This document shows, piece by piece, positions 1-12,672 of a stretch of DNA of 64,000 nucleotides. This DNA is from Podarcis vaucheri. Lineage: Eukaryota. The stretch lies in the NCBI GenBank assembly GCA_965113315.1, contig OZ220382.1, one strand, 5' to 3'. Each line of letters starts with the position of its first letter. Positions within the stretch are counted from its first letter, which is position 1. A program made the translations under genes and the position numbers. A model generated the notes under the pieces. That model was given only the letters and a program-made list of their open reading frames with translations. It made no database searches and had not been told where the DNA came from.

Positions 1-1458
1 TACAGAGACAGATATGAGATAGTCAGGTTTAGCTTTGTGTTTAGCTATGCAGATTTCTGGCTTCAGAGGCAAAAAGATCAATCTCCAAGACAAACATATC
101 AAAAAATATTCTGATAAATATACAAAGTTCACAATATATGTATTGAAGAGTTTGGTGAAGCACACAGTAGATTCTATGCAAAGCAGCAAACAGTGCTTAT
201 TATTATTGCAATAGTTTCCTTTATAGCAAATTTCTTTGAATAAATTATCAATATACTGTACATGGTTCTGTATATACACTGCATTCAACTCCTTACTTAG
301 CCATCAAGCTCTCCCTGAAGTGGTCTGGTCACTCCTGGTCTAACCATTTTCAGGCACTTCTCACAATCCCCTTTACACAAATGCAAAACCACACACACAC
401 AAAAACTGCTTCAGGCTCAGCCCTTTACAATCACTTCACACAAATAAATCCAAACATACACATAATGCAAAGCACTACAACCAACCACTACATACAGGTT
501 GTTGTTCCCTCTTGCCCCTACACCCCCATTTCCCAGAACTACTGGCTTTTGCAAGCTTCCTGAGGCTTAAATCCTACACCTGAGAGTAAGTCCCGTTGAA
601 CTCGATGAGCCTTAATTCTGAGCAGGCTAGTACTGTATAAGATTGTGCTGTCAGTCTGGCAGCAGATGATCATTCAACTGAGAAGCTTCACCCGGCACAA
701 CCTAGCCCTGAAATGTGTGGTGAAATATGACTTGCCCTTACTTAAACGATGGGTTGAAATTGAAATTTTAAAACCTCACATTTTTATGGATACACAACAG
801 ATTTTCACCAAACCAGGGAGGAGAAGACCTCTGCAATTTCCTTGAATTTTTGAGTGTATCTAAACCAGCAAAAGGGAAAAACAGAAGGTATATTTTAGAT
901 GTGCAAATAATTGTCACAAAGTGGATAAATTTGCACTTATTGGGGGAATCTTTAAACAACTGCTGTATCTCAGTAATCTCTTATCAGGTTTTATTTTTAA
1001 TGTGGTCAATTTATAGTGTGCTTAGCATGAAGATTTTCTGTGTTAACCTTTAGGTAATTTGGACAAATAGTCTTGATTTTATTAGGATTACAGTGGCAAG
1101 ACTTTACAATAGCAGAATGTCATTTGATCTTTCCACCTTAACTATATGGCAACAATGTTTCTGCAATATAGAGTGAAGATCCTTACTAGCAAAACCTGCA
1201 ATACAGGTTCACACATGTAAGGATGCTAGTTGCTATGTGGAGATGCATGGCTTGGGTAGCTGGGCTCCTCCACTCAGGAAGATGGTGGTCTACCTTTCTT
1301 GGACTGGGCTGTACTCCTCATAAGAAAGAAGTCTGCAGTCTGAGAATGTTCCTGGATCCAGCTGCCACTGGGGGTCCAAGTGGCCCCTGGGGCATAAAAT
1401 ATATTCCATCAGCTGCAACATCTCTTGGACATATTTAGCCTCAGTATATTGGCTTCCT

Positions 1459-1813
1459 GGGACACAGGTGGTGCTGTGGGTTAAACCACAGAGCCTAGGA
1501 CTTGCCGATCAGAAGGTCGGCAGTTTGAAGCCCCGCAACGGGGTGAGCTCCTGTTGCTCAGTCCCTGCTCCTGCCCACCTAGCAGTTTGAAAGCACGTCA
1601 AAGTGCAAGTAGATAAATAGGTACCGCTCCAGCGGGAAGGTAAATGGCGTTTCCGTGCACTGCTCTGGTTCGCCAGAAGCGGCTTAGTCATCCTGGCCAC
1701 ATGACCCGGAAGCTGTACGCTGGCTCCCTCGGCCAATAAAGTGAGATGAGTGCCGCAACCCCAGAGTCATCCGTGACTGGACCTAATGGTCAGGGGTCCC
1801 TTTACCTTTACCT
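1459..1813 (+). mobile_element. Sauria SINE, full length (subfamily A)
   Basis: tRNA-like head gggacacaggtggtgctgtgggttaaacc, (ACCTTT)n tail, 14-bp TSD tatattggcttcct at 1445-1458 and 1814-1827. Confidence 0.93.
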
Positions 1814-2004
1814 TATATTGGCTTCCTAGAGCATGACTATCTACAATGAGTTCTCTTCTGGGTTCCCTCCCAGTCTGGGCAGTAGCCTGAGAGATAGCTT
1901 TCTCGGTGCTGGTACCCTGTCAGTAGAATTCCCTTCCCTGGAGCCTACACTGCCAAACTATTTTTTACCTACTGTCTTTGGTTTAGGCACTATTTCTTGG
2001 AGTA

Positions 2005-2121
2005 ACTCAGTGGTAGCCAACACAGTGTCTACTAGATATTTTGGACTACAACTCCCATCAGCTCCAGCCAGAATTGCCAGAGGTCAAAAACACCTGGAAG
2101 GCACCGCATTGGCTCTCCCTG
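2005..2121. mobile_element. Degenerate hAT/URR1-like MITE
   Basis: Core ggactacaactcccatca is shared with copies near 15558, 29370, 40225 and 50395. Confidence 0.5.
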
Positions 2122-3368
2122 ACCTATCTCAAATGGCTGCTGTGAGAGTAAAAGAGACAGGGAACAACTTGTATGCCACTTTGAGCATATTATATAAATA
2201 TAATAAATGTTATTGAGTGGTTGCTTGTGAAAAACAACCTGAAAACATGGTGGTATATGATTTTGTTTTAAAACTAATAAATGAGGGGCTGTACTTTGAA
2301 AGAGGACATCCACTGTGAATTTTATGCTTGCTGTGGGGTGGTGGGGGTGGAAGTATTATGGGGTGAATGGTCTTAAAGGGACATTAGTGAAGTTGGAACT
2401 GAGGACCTTTTCCCCCCCTCCTGCCGGTGTAAGAAGCCAAGAAACACAACTGAGGTAGCTACAGAACTGCTCACTGGAGAAAGAAGGAGTTATATTGCAG
2501 CTAAGAGAAAGCTATATGGGAAGGAAGTAAGGGATTATTCACTAAAGGTTGTTGCTGATGAAGCAGTTGCTCTGAAGGCAAAACTATTGAATTACCTTAG
2601 CAAACTCTACTACTAAACCCCCTTTAGCTACGGTAACAGAATGAAGGGGAGAACTGGCAGGTGAGAGGAAGGATACATAACTTTTCTCATGCCAATGAAA
2701 CTCTCCATTGCAGCCACCTCGGTCCATTACCCCCTCCTTAGCTGTGTTTACTTCTCTTCTCAAATGGGGAGGGGGGTGTATTCTCAGATGAAAAACTTGC
2801 AGGTGGATGGAAGTGTCAAGGATTCTCTTTCTGCCTGCTAGTTCTTCCCTGCATATGCCACCCTCCCAAGCTCCAGTACAAGCACTCCACCCAAGCTCCC
2901 GTACAAGTACAGTATGAGTGTTAGGAGACAAACAGGGTGAGGAAGCAGCAGGAGGGAGATCTGTTAAGTCTTTACAGGGAAAGCAGAAAAATCTGAAGGG
3001 TGTTCACAAGATGTGTTTGTTGGGGTACACAAAGGGGTTGGGTTGAGCCATGTAGAGGTGTAGGAGAGTGTAGCTAGAGGGAGAATGATGCTATCCACTA
3101 GACGAAAGCAATTTCATTCAGATGCACTGAAATATTCACTATTGCTTACAATAGAAGAGTAATTAGGGATAATGGGTGGGGGATCCCTGGTACATATGAG
3201 ATGGGAGCACTGTTGGGATCTAGGTCAGACGTTTTAGGCAGGGTGAAAAATACATGGGGGGGGAGCACACAAGGACAGTAACAGTGGAAAGGAGTGCTAT
3301 CAGGGATAAAAGGTTGTGTGTTTCTATAAAGTAAGAAGGCTTTTAGGGATTGTGAGAATGGCTGTGAG

Positions 3369-3373
3369 GGAGG

Positions 3374-3418
<45 letters not shown>
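3369..3418. repeat. (GA)n microsatellite
   Basis: Visible directly. Confidence 0.95.
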
Positions 3419-4074
3419 GTTGTTCTTAGAGCAGGAAAAATATGGGGGATTCTAACAAAAGTAGTTGGAGCAGCACACTGGAGCAACAAGACAAACTGGA
3501 GAGCTACCTGCTAGTCTGGGGGGGGGCTCTTACACAGAAAGCAATCGGTTTGGGGTTACATTGTGCTAGAACAAGAGGAGCATTATGTATTGGAGGGTCA
3601 TTGGGGAGGATTGCCGGATACTTCTTGGTACACTTTTTAAATATATACGGAGAGAGGGAAAGCTTGCTTCCAGTATTGTTTGCATTAACATACGTGCAAT
3701 CACATATCCATACTAACGCTACCACTTTGCATCGCTGTAAGCATACTTACATTAGTACACTTTTCAGGCACCCACCTTACAGCCCAAACCTGCACTACGT
3801 GGAACGGAGCTTACTGAAAGGTTCAATGAATGCACAGAGGGATCGCAGCCATTATAAATATTATGAATTAGAACTAGATGGGAAAGCGGGTGGGGGGAAG
3901 AGTACACGACAGGCAAATGACATGGGGGGTGTCCTGCAGACTTCTGGCTTTTCAAAGAGGGGGGAATAAATAAAACTATGAGCTAAAGGTCATTAAAGAA
4001 GTAACCCCCCCACCGCCTTCCCCACCCCATGCACACACATACTGAACTTAGGGAGGGGTCTTTCCAAGGGGAGG

Positions 4075-4760
4075 CTTCCCACCCGCAAATGCAAGCACCC
4101 TTTTCTTTCCGCGGACAGGAGAGGGGGGGCACCTTCTTCACTTACTAAGGGTCGTTGGTGAAGCGGGGGCTCCGCGGGGGCTGGTAGCCGTACAGGTGAC
4201 AGTAGAGCACGTCGAAGCAGAAGCAGCACATCTCGGCCGACACCACCATCTTCCTGCAGCCGCCGGGCCCGACCCCGGGCGAGGAGAGGAGCGAGGCGGC
4301 GGCCGGCGCGGAGAGGCCTCCTGGTCCCGCGCCGCAGCTGGGCGGCAGCGGCGGGGAGAGGGCGCAGCCGGGGGAGCCCCCCGCCAGCCCCCCGAGGCCG
4401 TTGAGGCGGGGGGCGCCCCCCGGCAGCGCAGGAAGGGACCCCGGCTCGCCGCAGCCTCCCCCGGACGCCGCCGCCGCCCCGCCGCAGTGCGAGCTGCTGC
4501 CGCCGCCGCCGCTGCCCGGGCCGGCCGAGCCCGACGGAGGGGAGCTGGAGAGCTTCTGCTTCTTCACCCCGCAGCAACCCGCCGCCATCTTGGAGCCGTC
4601 TCCCCCCACGCAGCGCTTCCGACCCATGGCGGGGGGGCCGCTCCGCCGGCCGGGGGACGTGCGCCCGCCCGCCCCGCCTCCGCCTCCGCCTCCTGCCGGG
4701 CCCGCTCCGCCTGCAGCCGGGGAGGAGGGGAGGCGGGCAGGAGGGAGAGGAAGGGGCGAG
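4075..4760. promoter_or_regulatory. CpG island / promoter and 5' region of AMMECR1
   Basis: Very GC- and CpG-rich compared with the CpG-depleted flanks; GC-box-like cccgcccc/ccgcctcc motifs at about 4660-4700. Confidence 0.85.
4146..4627 (-). CDS. AMMECR1: AMMECR1 nuclear protein, first coding exon. The canonical ATG is at 4588, an in-frame upstream ATG is at 4627, and the exon ends in phase 2 at a GTAAGT donor.
   Basis: The translation [20 protein letters not shown]...Gly/Ser-rich...RKMVVSAEMCCFCFDVLYCHLYGYQPPRSPRFTNDP-(TA|) matches the AMMECR1 N-terminus. KQKLSSSPP and KMVVSAEMCCFC fit AMMECR1 rather than AMMECR1L. The donor CCT TA|GTAAGT at 4146/4145 splits the Tyr codon of the conserved ...PY-PLFVTWK motif. 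Confidence 0.96.
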
Positions 4761-5410
4761 CGGAGGGGGAGAGAGAAGAAGGGAATGCGAGGAGGCAGGA
4801 GAGGGATGGGGGGAAGAGATGGGGGGATGAGGAGAAGAAAGAGAAGAGGGGGAGATGCGGGGAAGTGGGGATGTGAGAAGGGAAGGAAGAAAGCGGGGAG
4901 GAAAGGGAGAATGTGAGAAGGCAGGAAAGGGAGAGAGAGAAAGAGAGGGATGTGCGGGAAAGAGTAGAGGGGACGCGGGAAAGGAAGGGCGAAGGACGTG
5001 AGCGAGAAAGGGATGTGGGAAAGGAGGGGATCGAAGGGAGGAGGAAGGGGGATGTGGGGGCAGCAGATGAAGAAAGAAATGTGGGGAAGGAGGAATGAAA
5101 GAGATGGATGGGGGGAATGTGAGGAGAAGCGGAAGATGGGAAATGGAAAGGTAAAGATGAAGGAGCGGTGTGCGGGGAAGACGCGGCAGAAGAAGGAGCG
5201 AGGGACGATTGAATGGAAGGAGGGAGGGAGAGAAGAAGGACCCAGGGAATAATGGCCGAGCAACAAGGATGAAGGGAAAGGGATGTGGAGGAGAACGGAG
5301 GGAGGAGATGTGTTGGGAAATTTAAAACAACGACAACGTGGGAAGGGGGGGGCGTTGATGTACACAGTGGGGAAAAGAAGGGGTATAACGAGAGAAAAAA
5401 GAAAGAGCAA
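4720..5410 (+). repeat. Purine-rich low-complexity tract upstream of AMMECR1
   Basis: About 700 bp of mostly G/A on the + strand with many GGG runs. Confidence 0.85.
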
Positions 5411-6506
5411 CATTAGTAGCCTCCCCCTTGTCCCATTTTGACAATCCCCTCCATATACCGTATTTCCCCCTCCCGCACTCCACGTTCGTTTCCCAGTGTC
5501 AGCAAAGTCTTTATAGCCTCAGCTTACGACGGTGTTTGGTTTGGGCTTTTTTTTTCTTTTCGTTTTAATTGCATTATTAAAAACACACAAAAACCAGGTA
5601 TACTGTCTGTAAGGTTGAAGTTCAGCCTGCCTCCCAACCACCCCTCCCTTCGGAGAGAGCTGAAAAATGCCCTACTAAATAATTCACATGACCTGAGTTG
5701 GCTTAGAGAAGGAAGGCGAAATATATAAGTCTGAGTCAGCAAGCCAGAGCCTGGGAGGATCCTGTTTTTTTAAACACCATCAACCCCCCCAAAAAACAGC
5801 AACGTGCAAGCTGCTACCTGCCGTTGGCTACCTTATGACTGTGATCTATTTGGTGGGAAGGGTTCGCCCATGGCTCCCAAAAACACCACCAGAGAGAAGG
5901 ACATCCTTTACAAGCAAGGTGAATGAGGCAGCCCAAGAAGTGCATACATTTTTTTTCATTGGTTTTAGAATGATACATATAGACAAGCAAAATAAAATAA
6001 TTATTTGGAACTGTTCTTCCTTCCTCTCTCCCCACCCCACCCCAGCTTTTAATATCGCCCATTGACACTTAACAGTTAAGTAAATAAGACAATCCTATGT
6101 ATACTTAGTGGGGGAAAGTAATAGCTGCCTTTGAGGCTTCTTCCTAAGAGCAAATGGACAGTGAACAACATCCTCCATGTTCAAATCCTGTAGTTTCCCA
6201 CAAGAGCCATAGGAAGCTTGACTATTTTAAAACCAGGCCAGTGACATGAGTGTGAGATATAGGGTGTATTTTTATATATCTGAGCCTTGAAGCAGGGGGG
6301 GTTAATCTAGTGTAGCAAGATGTCATTATGTTCAGGGAATGGCCTTTAAGGCAGATCATACCACCTCTGCAGCTTCATCATGCATTGCTAGAGCAACTTA
6401 TTTTAAAGCCACTCACAACCCCTTTTGATTAATTGATATATTACAATACTTCAGCACACAGTGATCAGGTTCAGTTCAAATCCAGAGTGCTGTTTTCGTT
6501 ATGGCA

Positions 6507-6737
6507 GGCTGATCTACATCCACACTATACACTTAAAGCTATACACTATACACTTATATATTGCTTTACCAGTCATGGAGAATCCTGGGGGTTGCAGTTT
6601 GTTAAGGGTGCTGGGAACTGTAGGTCTGTGATGTCAGCATGCTGAACATACTACAGTTCCCAGGATTCTTTGTGCAAAGACTTGATGGTAAAAGTTGTTT
6701 AACAGTGCTTTAAATGTATGGTGATGCAAGACTAGCC
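6507..6737. mobile_element. Palindromic MITE-like squamate repeat
   Basis: Internal inverted repeat gaatcctggg...cccaggattc; related copies at about 36550-36710 and 38935-39050. Confidence 0.5.
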
Positions 6738-7854
6738 CTCCAGGAAGCTCTCGAGCAGAGTATTTAAGGCAGCAGCTCTCTTTGCTTTTTTGTCCACCTG
6801 CCGTTCTGTTCCTCTACCTGTAGCTGGGATGGGGCAGCACTAGCTCCACCTCAGTATGCCTCTGAAGCACTGCCACTGAGAATGCAAGTGGGGAAAGTAC
6901 TCTTGTGCTCAAGGTTCTGCTTGTGGGCTTCCCATAAGCATCTGATTGGCCACTGTGAGAACCAAATTCAAGATTAGAGTTATTGGCCTCATCCAGTTGG
7001 GCTCTTGTGATGTGAACCTTGGAGGTTCTCTCCTTGTCCTGTGCTTGGTGATGTCAGTCTCTTTTTTGTCTCCATTCACCTGTGTCCCAGTTTGCAGCTT
7101 GCTTTTACTATCCCACAGAATTCAGGGGGGTTAAATGATAACTCCCAACTGCTCTACATAGCATTCAGCATTCTGGCCACACTAAATTGGGTGGACTGCT
7201 TCCTGAGATCAACATTGTTAGGGCACTAGCTGTAAAAGGGAGCAGAGGCGTAGAACTCATTAAGCGTCAAGATAGATATGTGGTGACCTTACAGAAACAG
7301 TGACTGTGATCTTAGAATACTTTAAACAATTATGAATGATATACTCCAACTGAACATGATTAATCATTTTAGGGTCCTTAACAACTCTTCTGTATATAGA
7401 AGGCATTTTTTATTTTCATTTTTAGGATGCATAGTGACAAAAATAGAATAGCGATTCGTGCAGTAAGAAAATAGTACATCTCTTGTTTGTTGATGGTTTC
7501 TCACCTTGGTATTTTTAAAAAACACGTTCTCCTGAGGTTCTTTTCTCTCAGAGGAGGATAAAAGCACCAAGGGGAACAAACAACAGATAATGAAAGGTTC
7601 TGTAGTCCTTTCCCACAAGCTTATGCTTATGCTTTTTAAAAAAAAAAAACACCACCCACTCACTCCTCTTGTTATATGATTGAGGAAGGTCAATGTGTAA
7701 ACATCCAGATCTGCTGCCGTAAAATCTAGTTTGTTCCTAAGAGACCTCTCAGAATTTGAAAAACTAAGGCTTTGATGATATAACCAGTGTGCCTGGAAGT
7801 CAGCCACACTGAACTCAGTAGGACTTATTTCTGCGTAGAGATGCCTAGGATTGT

Positions 7855-7906
7855 GTAGTAGTAGTAGTTGTAGTAGTTGTAGTAGTAGTAGTAGTAGTAG
7901 TAGTAG
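7855..7906. repeat. (TAG)n microsatellite at an L2 tail
   Basis: Visible directly; explains the poly-Leu run in the 7364-8002 ORF. Confidence 0.9.
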
Positions 7907-8520
7907 TTTTATTATTATTTGTACCCCACCCATCTGACTGGGTTGCCCCAGCCACTGTGGGCAGCTTCCAACAAATATAAAGCATAATAAAACATCAAAC
8001 ATTAAAACCTTCCCTATATAGGGCTGCCTTCAGATGTCTTCTAAAAGCTGTATAGTTATTTATCTCATTGACAATTGGTGGGAAGGCGTTCCACAGGGTA
8101 GGTGCCACTCCCGAGAAGGCCCTCTACCTGGTTCCCTGTAACTTTTCACCAGAACTGCCAGAAGGCCCTCAAAGCTGGACCTCAGTGTCCAGGCTGAATG
8201 ATGGGAGTGGGGATGCTCCTTCAGGTATACTGGGCCAAGGCCATCTAGGGCTTTAAAGGTCAACACCAACACTTTGAATTGTGCTCAGAAACATACTGGA
8301 AGCTGATGTAGCTCCTTTAGGACTGGAGTTATATGGTCCCCGCATCCACTCCCAGTCACTAGTCTAGCTGCTGCATAATAGATTATTTGTAGTTTCTGAG
8401 TCACCTTCAAAGGTTGCCCCCCATAAAGCATAGTGCAGTACTCCAAGCAAGAGTTAACCAGTGCATGTACCACTCTGGCGAGACAGTGTGCAGGCAGGTA
8501 GGACCTAAGCTGCTGTAATA
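7907..8520 (-). mobile_element. L2-clade LINE, 5'-truncated 3' end
   Basis: Translation ...VHALVNSCLEYCTMLYGGQPLKVTQKLQ...AAARLVTG...DHITPVLKELHQLPV / LVLTFKAL is typical of the L2 ORF2 C-terminus; the 3' terminus is shared with the 11585 copy. Confidence 0.85.
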
Positions 8521-9325
8521 ATGCAGCAGAGTTGGAAATATTGTTTTTCTTTTTTTGCAATAACAACTTTTATTTTTCTTTCTTTTTAATTTACCCAGAG
8601 ACCCTCCAAAATACATTATGAAAGCCTGTATTCGTGTACATACACCACAACTTATAACAGTGTATGTCTATAATACATGTACTTATTAAGTGATCCAGAA
8701 GATAGTATAAAGTATTTGAAACTGGTTTTTGGTTTTCTGGATAATTTGTAAATGAAATGAAGCTCTACCATTCTCCTGCAAAGGTAGCAAACAGCAAAGT
8801 AGTAAAACCAGTGCTTTTTTCTGGTGGTACTCAACGAAACGCAGTACCGGCACCTTCCCCCCATCCAAGGTGAATTGTACCCCATTTTCTTTGACTGGCT
8901 CACTTCCATCCTAAGGAAGTGTTAATACAGTATCTATCAGTTTAACAAATTGTGAATCATTCCCAGCTGAAACTGCCTTGGGGGAGCAAATCTGGGCAGC
9001 TGTTTCAACAAAGCACACAAGTGCTACATAATGATTGAAGAGAACAAGAAGATGCATCATGTAAGAGCAACAGGGGGTGGGGAGACAAAATGTAATTATC
9101 CAAACTGGAATATTGCCCCAAAAGTATCTCAAAGGAACTGTGTCAGTCACAGTGAGCCTAAACTGCAGAGTGTTTGTCAAGATACACCTTTGGCATGACA
9201 GCGCTCTAATAGGAGCCTGAGCACCTATGTCATCAGAGGAGGATGCTGGGGCAGAAATCCAAGGGTTCTCTCAGCATAGCTATCTGGCTTACTACATTTA
9301 GGAATAAAACACACTGACCTCTAAA

Positions 9326-9617
9326 CAGTGCCAGTACCAGGCTATTTTGTGCCCTTGGCAAGGGTAACTACTTGCACCCCCCCCCGAAACAAATTGCTAA
9401 CTTCAGTTTTCAAAAAACCAATGTCTTGTAGAAAAAAATAAAAAGCAATTCTAATGAATGAGTGACTTCAAAAATGATAAAATCCTTCAAAAATATAAGT
9501 AAAATGTTATCAGAAATTTATAAAACAAAACTATGCCCCTCAAAGGTCAGTCCTGTGCCCCTCTGAGGTCTGTGCCCTGGGCGGCTGCCTAGTTGGCCTA
9601 ATGAAAGCACTGGCCCT
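9326..9617. mobile_element. Probable hAT-type non-autonomous DNA element
   Basis: Imperfect TIR-like ends cagtgccagtac ... gcactggccct. Confidence 0.45.
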
Positions 9618-10183
9618 CTGTAAAGCAACCCCTGCAGTAGGACCATTAAATCCAGAGATAAAAATTGCCTAAGTGCATCCCACCACTACCATGAGACTGA
9701 GCACAGAAGGAACATTCCACCCACTAAACTTGAACCTAACTTCTGGATGGGATTTCCTCCCACTCAAGTGCTGAGCTAACATAGCTCAGTTACAGGCACA
9801 CCAACTCCTAGGGCCAGAGGTGTCTTCACCCCCCTCAAAATCTGCTGGCAGGGGGCTAGGCCCCCTCAATTTTGAGGGGGTATAGGAACCCAAGCATGGA
9901 GTCAAACATGGCATGTTTCAGTGGCTAGCTTCTGAGCATGAGAGAGGAAGCCACACTGTGCTGGGCTCTGCACTTGACCTCCCCCCAATGATGCAACGTT
10001 GAGCACCGCACTGCCCCCCCCCCCAATCTTGGGTGCAAGACAGCGCCTCTGTCCAGGAATTCTTAGAGACCAAATATGGCCTCTTTTTTCTTTGAAATTA
10101 TGAAATTGAGGTCGTGAGTGTAAGAACAGTAGCAAACAACCCTATATATTGAACACATTAAATGTAAAGAACATGGTCTACAC

Positions 10184-10369
10184 CATGTGTAGTCAACATT
10201 TTTATACCTACTGCCTACTAATGCGTCTTTCTTGATGGTAAAATTTCCTTACTGCCCACTAGTGCTTGATGGAAGGAGGATTCAGCTTGTGCTGTAGAGC
10301 CCCCTACCGCCCACCTAGAATCCTGAAACGCCCACTAGTGTGTGGTAGGGACCAGGTTGACAACTCCTG
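10184..10369. mobile_element. hAT MITE
   Basis: 8-bp TSD gtctacac at 10176-10183 and 10370-10377; imperfect TIRs catgtgtagtcaac / gttgacaactcctg. Confidence 0.8.
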
Positions 10370-11302
10370 GTCTACACAATGCTCAGCACTTTAAAATCCT
10401 ATTGATTTCAGTGGACCATGGGTAACTTTCCCATTGATATCATTGGCAACCTCAAAGAGCTTAAGGTTGTTTAGATCGTTTCTGTTAACTGTTAAATCAG
10501 AGGTAGGGACCAGCAGGCCAGATCTTCGTCTCCCCTTGCTCTGCATGCCAACTTTGGCAGGTGGTGGGGAGGCATGTTCCTCAAAGGAAACATGCTGGTG
10601 AATCAGCACCTAGCAGGATAGAATTCTCTGCTCATCAGCTGATGGATAGAGGGTTCAGCCCTGCTCTGTGAAGGAGTCTGCTTCACCAACATTATCCCTC
10701 AGCAGGATGGACCTTCACCCATCCTGTCACCCAGTGGCATCAACTGATGAACAGGTGGGCATCATTTGGGGGAAATGACATTGCTGCCAAACTGGGTGGG
10801 AATTGGATAGAAACTGATATAAACAATCTCTCTAAATATTTAACGGTGGTTATTTCTATCAGTTTCTACCCTTCTCCACATGCCTAATAAGAGTCCGAGG
10901 AAAAAATAAATATATAAAAAAACATTTTATGTAACACTGCAATATTATCTGTGTCTACCCAAAGATAAGCCCCGATGGGACTAATTTCCAGATAAGTGTT
11001 TATGGGATCACAGCCTAAAGGCATATATAAAAAAAGATTCAGGTTATTCCAAATGTTTTGTTGAGTATTTGTTTTTCTTAAAGATTTCTACATTGGCCTT
11101 CCGCAGAGTTTACAGAGCAGTTTACAAAAACAATATACAACTTGGCTTTACGCAGAGGGGATCCATTAAAACTAATGAACAAGAACTTTTAATTTCAACA
11201 GGTCCTCTCTCAGCAAAACTTCAGCTGAGTATTACCAGTGTGTTTTTTTAAAAAATGTCATTGCTATTTCAACTCTTTGCATTGTTCGTTAAATGTCAAA
11301 AT

Positions 11303-11505
11303 GGGCTGTCACATGGAAGACGGAGCAAGCTTGTTTTCTCCTGTTCCCAAACCAATGGATTCAAGTTACAAGAAGTACTGATGGTAAGAGCTATTTGACA
11401 GTAGAATGGATTCCCTTGGGAGGTTGTGGACTCTCCTTCATTGGAAGTTTTTAAGCAAAGGTTGGATGGCCATCTGTCATGGATGCTTTAGTCAAGATTC
11501 TTGCC
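11303..11505 (+). mobile_element. CR1 LINE 3' fragment
   Basis: Typical CR1 3' sequence (gttgtggactctccttcattggaagtttttaagcaaaggttggatggccatctgtc). Confidence 0.7.
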
Positions 11506-11584
11506 TACCATGTTACATACCACCCAACAATTGTCTGATGAAAATAGGGACATCAATGACAATGATAATGATAAATAAAAATAA

Positions 11585-11725
11585 AAATAATACCCCACCC
11601 ATCTGACTGGGTTGTCCCAGCCACTCTGGGTGGCTTCCAACATATATAAAAACTTAATAAAATTCCCCTATATAGGGCCGCTTTCAGAAGTCTTCTAAAG
11701 ATGGTATAGTTACTTATCTCCTTGG
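11585..11725 (-). mobile_element. L2 3' end fragment
   Basis: Very similar to 7920-8070. Confidence 0.75.
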
Positions 11726-12321
11726 CTCTGATGTTGCATAACTCCATACCCTCTAACATTTCTCCAACAAAAATAGTGACGTCCTAAGGAAAGGCGGGAC
11801 ATTACAGGATCAAATCAGAAACTAGGGCACCTTCTGTAAATCTGGGTCTGTCCCTGAAAAATAGGGACATTTGAAGGGTTTGCATGTTAAAGTCCTTATA
11901 AAACAACAACAACAGTGACTTAAATTGTGACCACAAAATAATGGAAACTTATGGAAATTCAAGCCTCCCAAACAGCAGTAATATCCAGTTCAACCTAAAG
12001 CTGGAAAGCAACTGCTCACTCATTATTATTATTATTATTTTTGCAAAGTGGCTTTCAATTCACCTGGTTATTTATGACATTAAGATAATCCGATGGATGA
12101 CAGGTAACAGGTGCAATGGCAGCTGTGAAAATATTTGGTTTCCTCCTGCTGTCACAGTGATCTATGTGACAGCCTATTTCAGCACAAGCCACACACCACC
12201 TTTGCTCCAGGTGTTTCCTTTCTTGTTGCATCTGCCTCAGGCTCTTTAGAAATCAGATAGACCTGTGCTGAAGAAACAGGAGAGAATGTCTTGGTAGGAC
12301 AGTCAACCTAGTACAGTGGTA

Positions 12322-12665
12322 AAGGTAAAGGGACCCCTGACCATTAGGTCCAGTCGTGGCCAACTCTGGGGTTGCGGCGCTCATCTTGCTTTATTAGCTG
12401 AGGGAGCTGGCGTACAGCTTCCGGGTCATGTGGCCAGCATGACTAAGCCGCTTCTGGCAAACCAGAGCAGCGCACGGAAAAGCTGTTTACCTTCCCGCCA
12501 GAGCGGTACCTATTGATCTACTGGCACTTTGATGTGCTTTTGAACTGCTAGGTTGGCAGGAGCAGGGACTGGGAGCTCACCCCGTCATGGGGATTCAAAC
12601 CGCTAACCTTCTGATCGGCAAGCCCTAGGCTCTGTGGTTTAATCCACAGCATCACCCATGTACCT
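12322..12665 (-). mobile_element. Sauria SINE (subfamily A) inserted into the terminus of a mariner MITE
   Basis: 15-bp TSD cctagtacagtggta at 12307-12321 and 12666-12680. Confidence 0.92.
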
Positions 12666-12672
12666 CCTAGTA

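Larger units (their letters stand above)
1..4145 (-). other. AMMECR1: AMMECR1 intron 1 (5' part; continues beyond the window)
   Basis: Starts at the GTAAGT donor; no exon 2 (PLFVTWK...) seen in 1-4145; contains repeats. Confidence 0.85.

Noticed and set aside
1459-1550. tRNA genes at SINE heads (also 41331, 36730 and others)
   Set aside because: These are tRNA-derived SINE heads without a full cloverleaf, embedded in elements that mostly have TSDs.
3993-5252. Overlapping ORFs in other frames and on the + strand
   Set aside because: By-products of the GC-rich island and purine tract; no recognisable protein.
4628-5413. The 422-aa ORF as a long N-terminal extension of AMMECR1
   Set aside because: The upstream part is Pro/Leu/Phe/Ser-rich translation of a pyrimidine tract that lacks stops for compositional reasons, and it has no ATG start.
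7364-8002. 212-aa ORF with poly-Leu
   Set aside because: Read-through from an L2 end across a (TAG)n microsatellite.
12080-12200. Repeat-free stretches that look like conserved non-coding elements (also about 16240-16520, 26050-26460 and 61200-61600)
   Set aside because: Conservation cannot be assessed without alignments.
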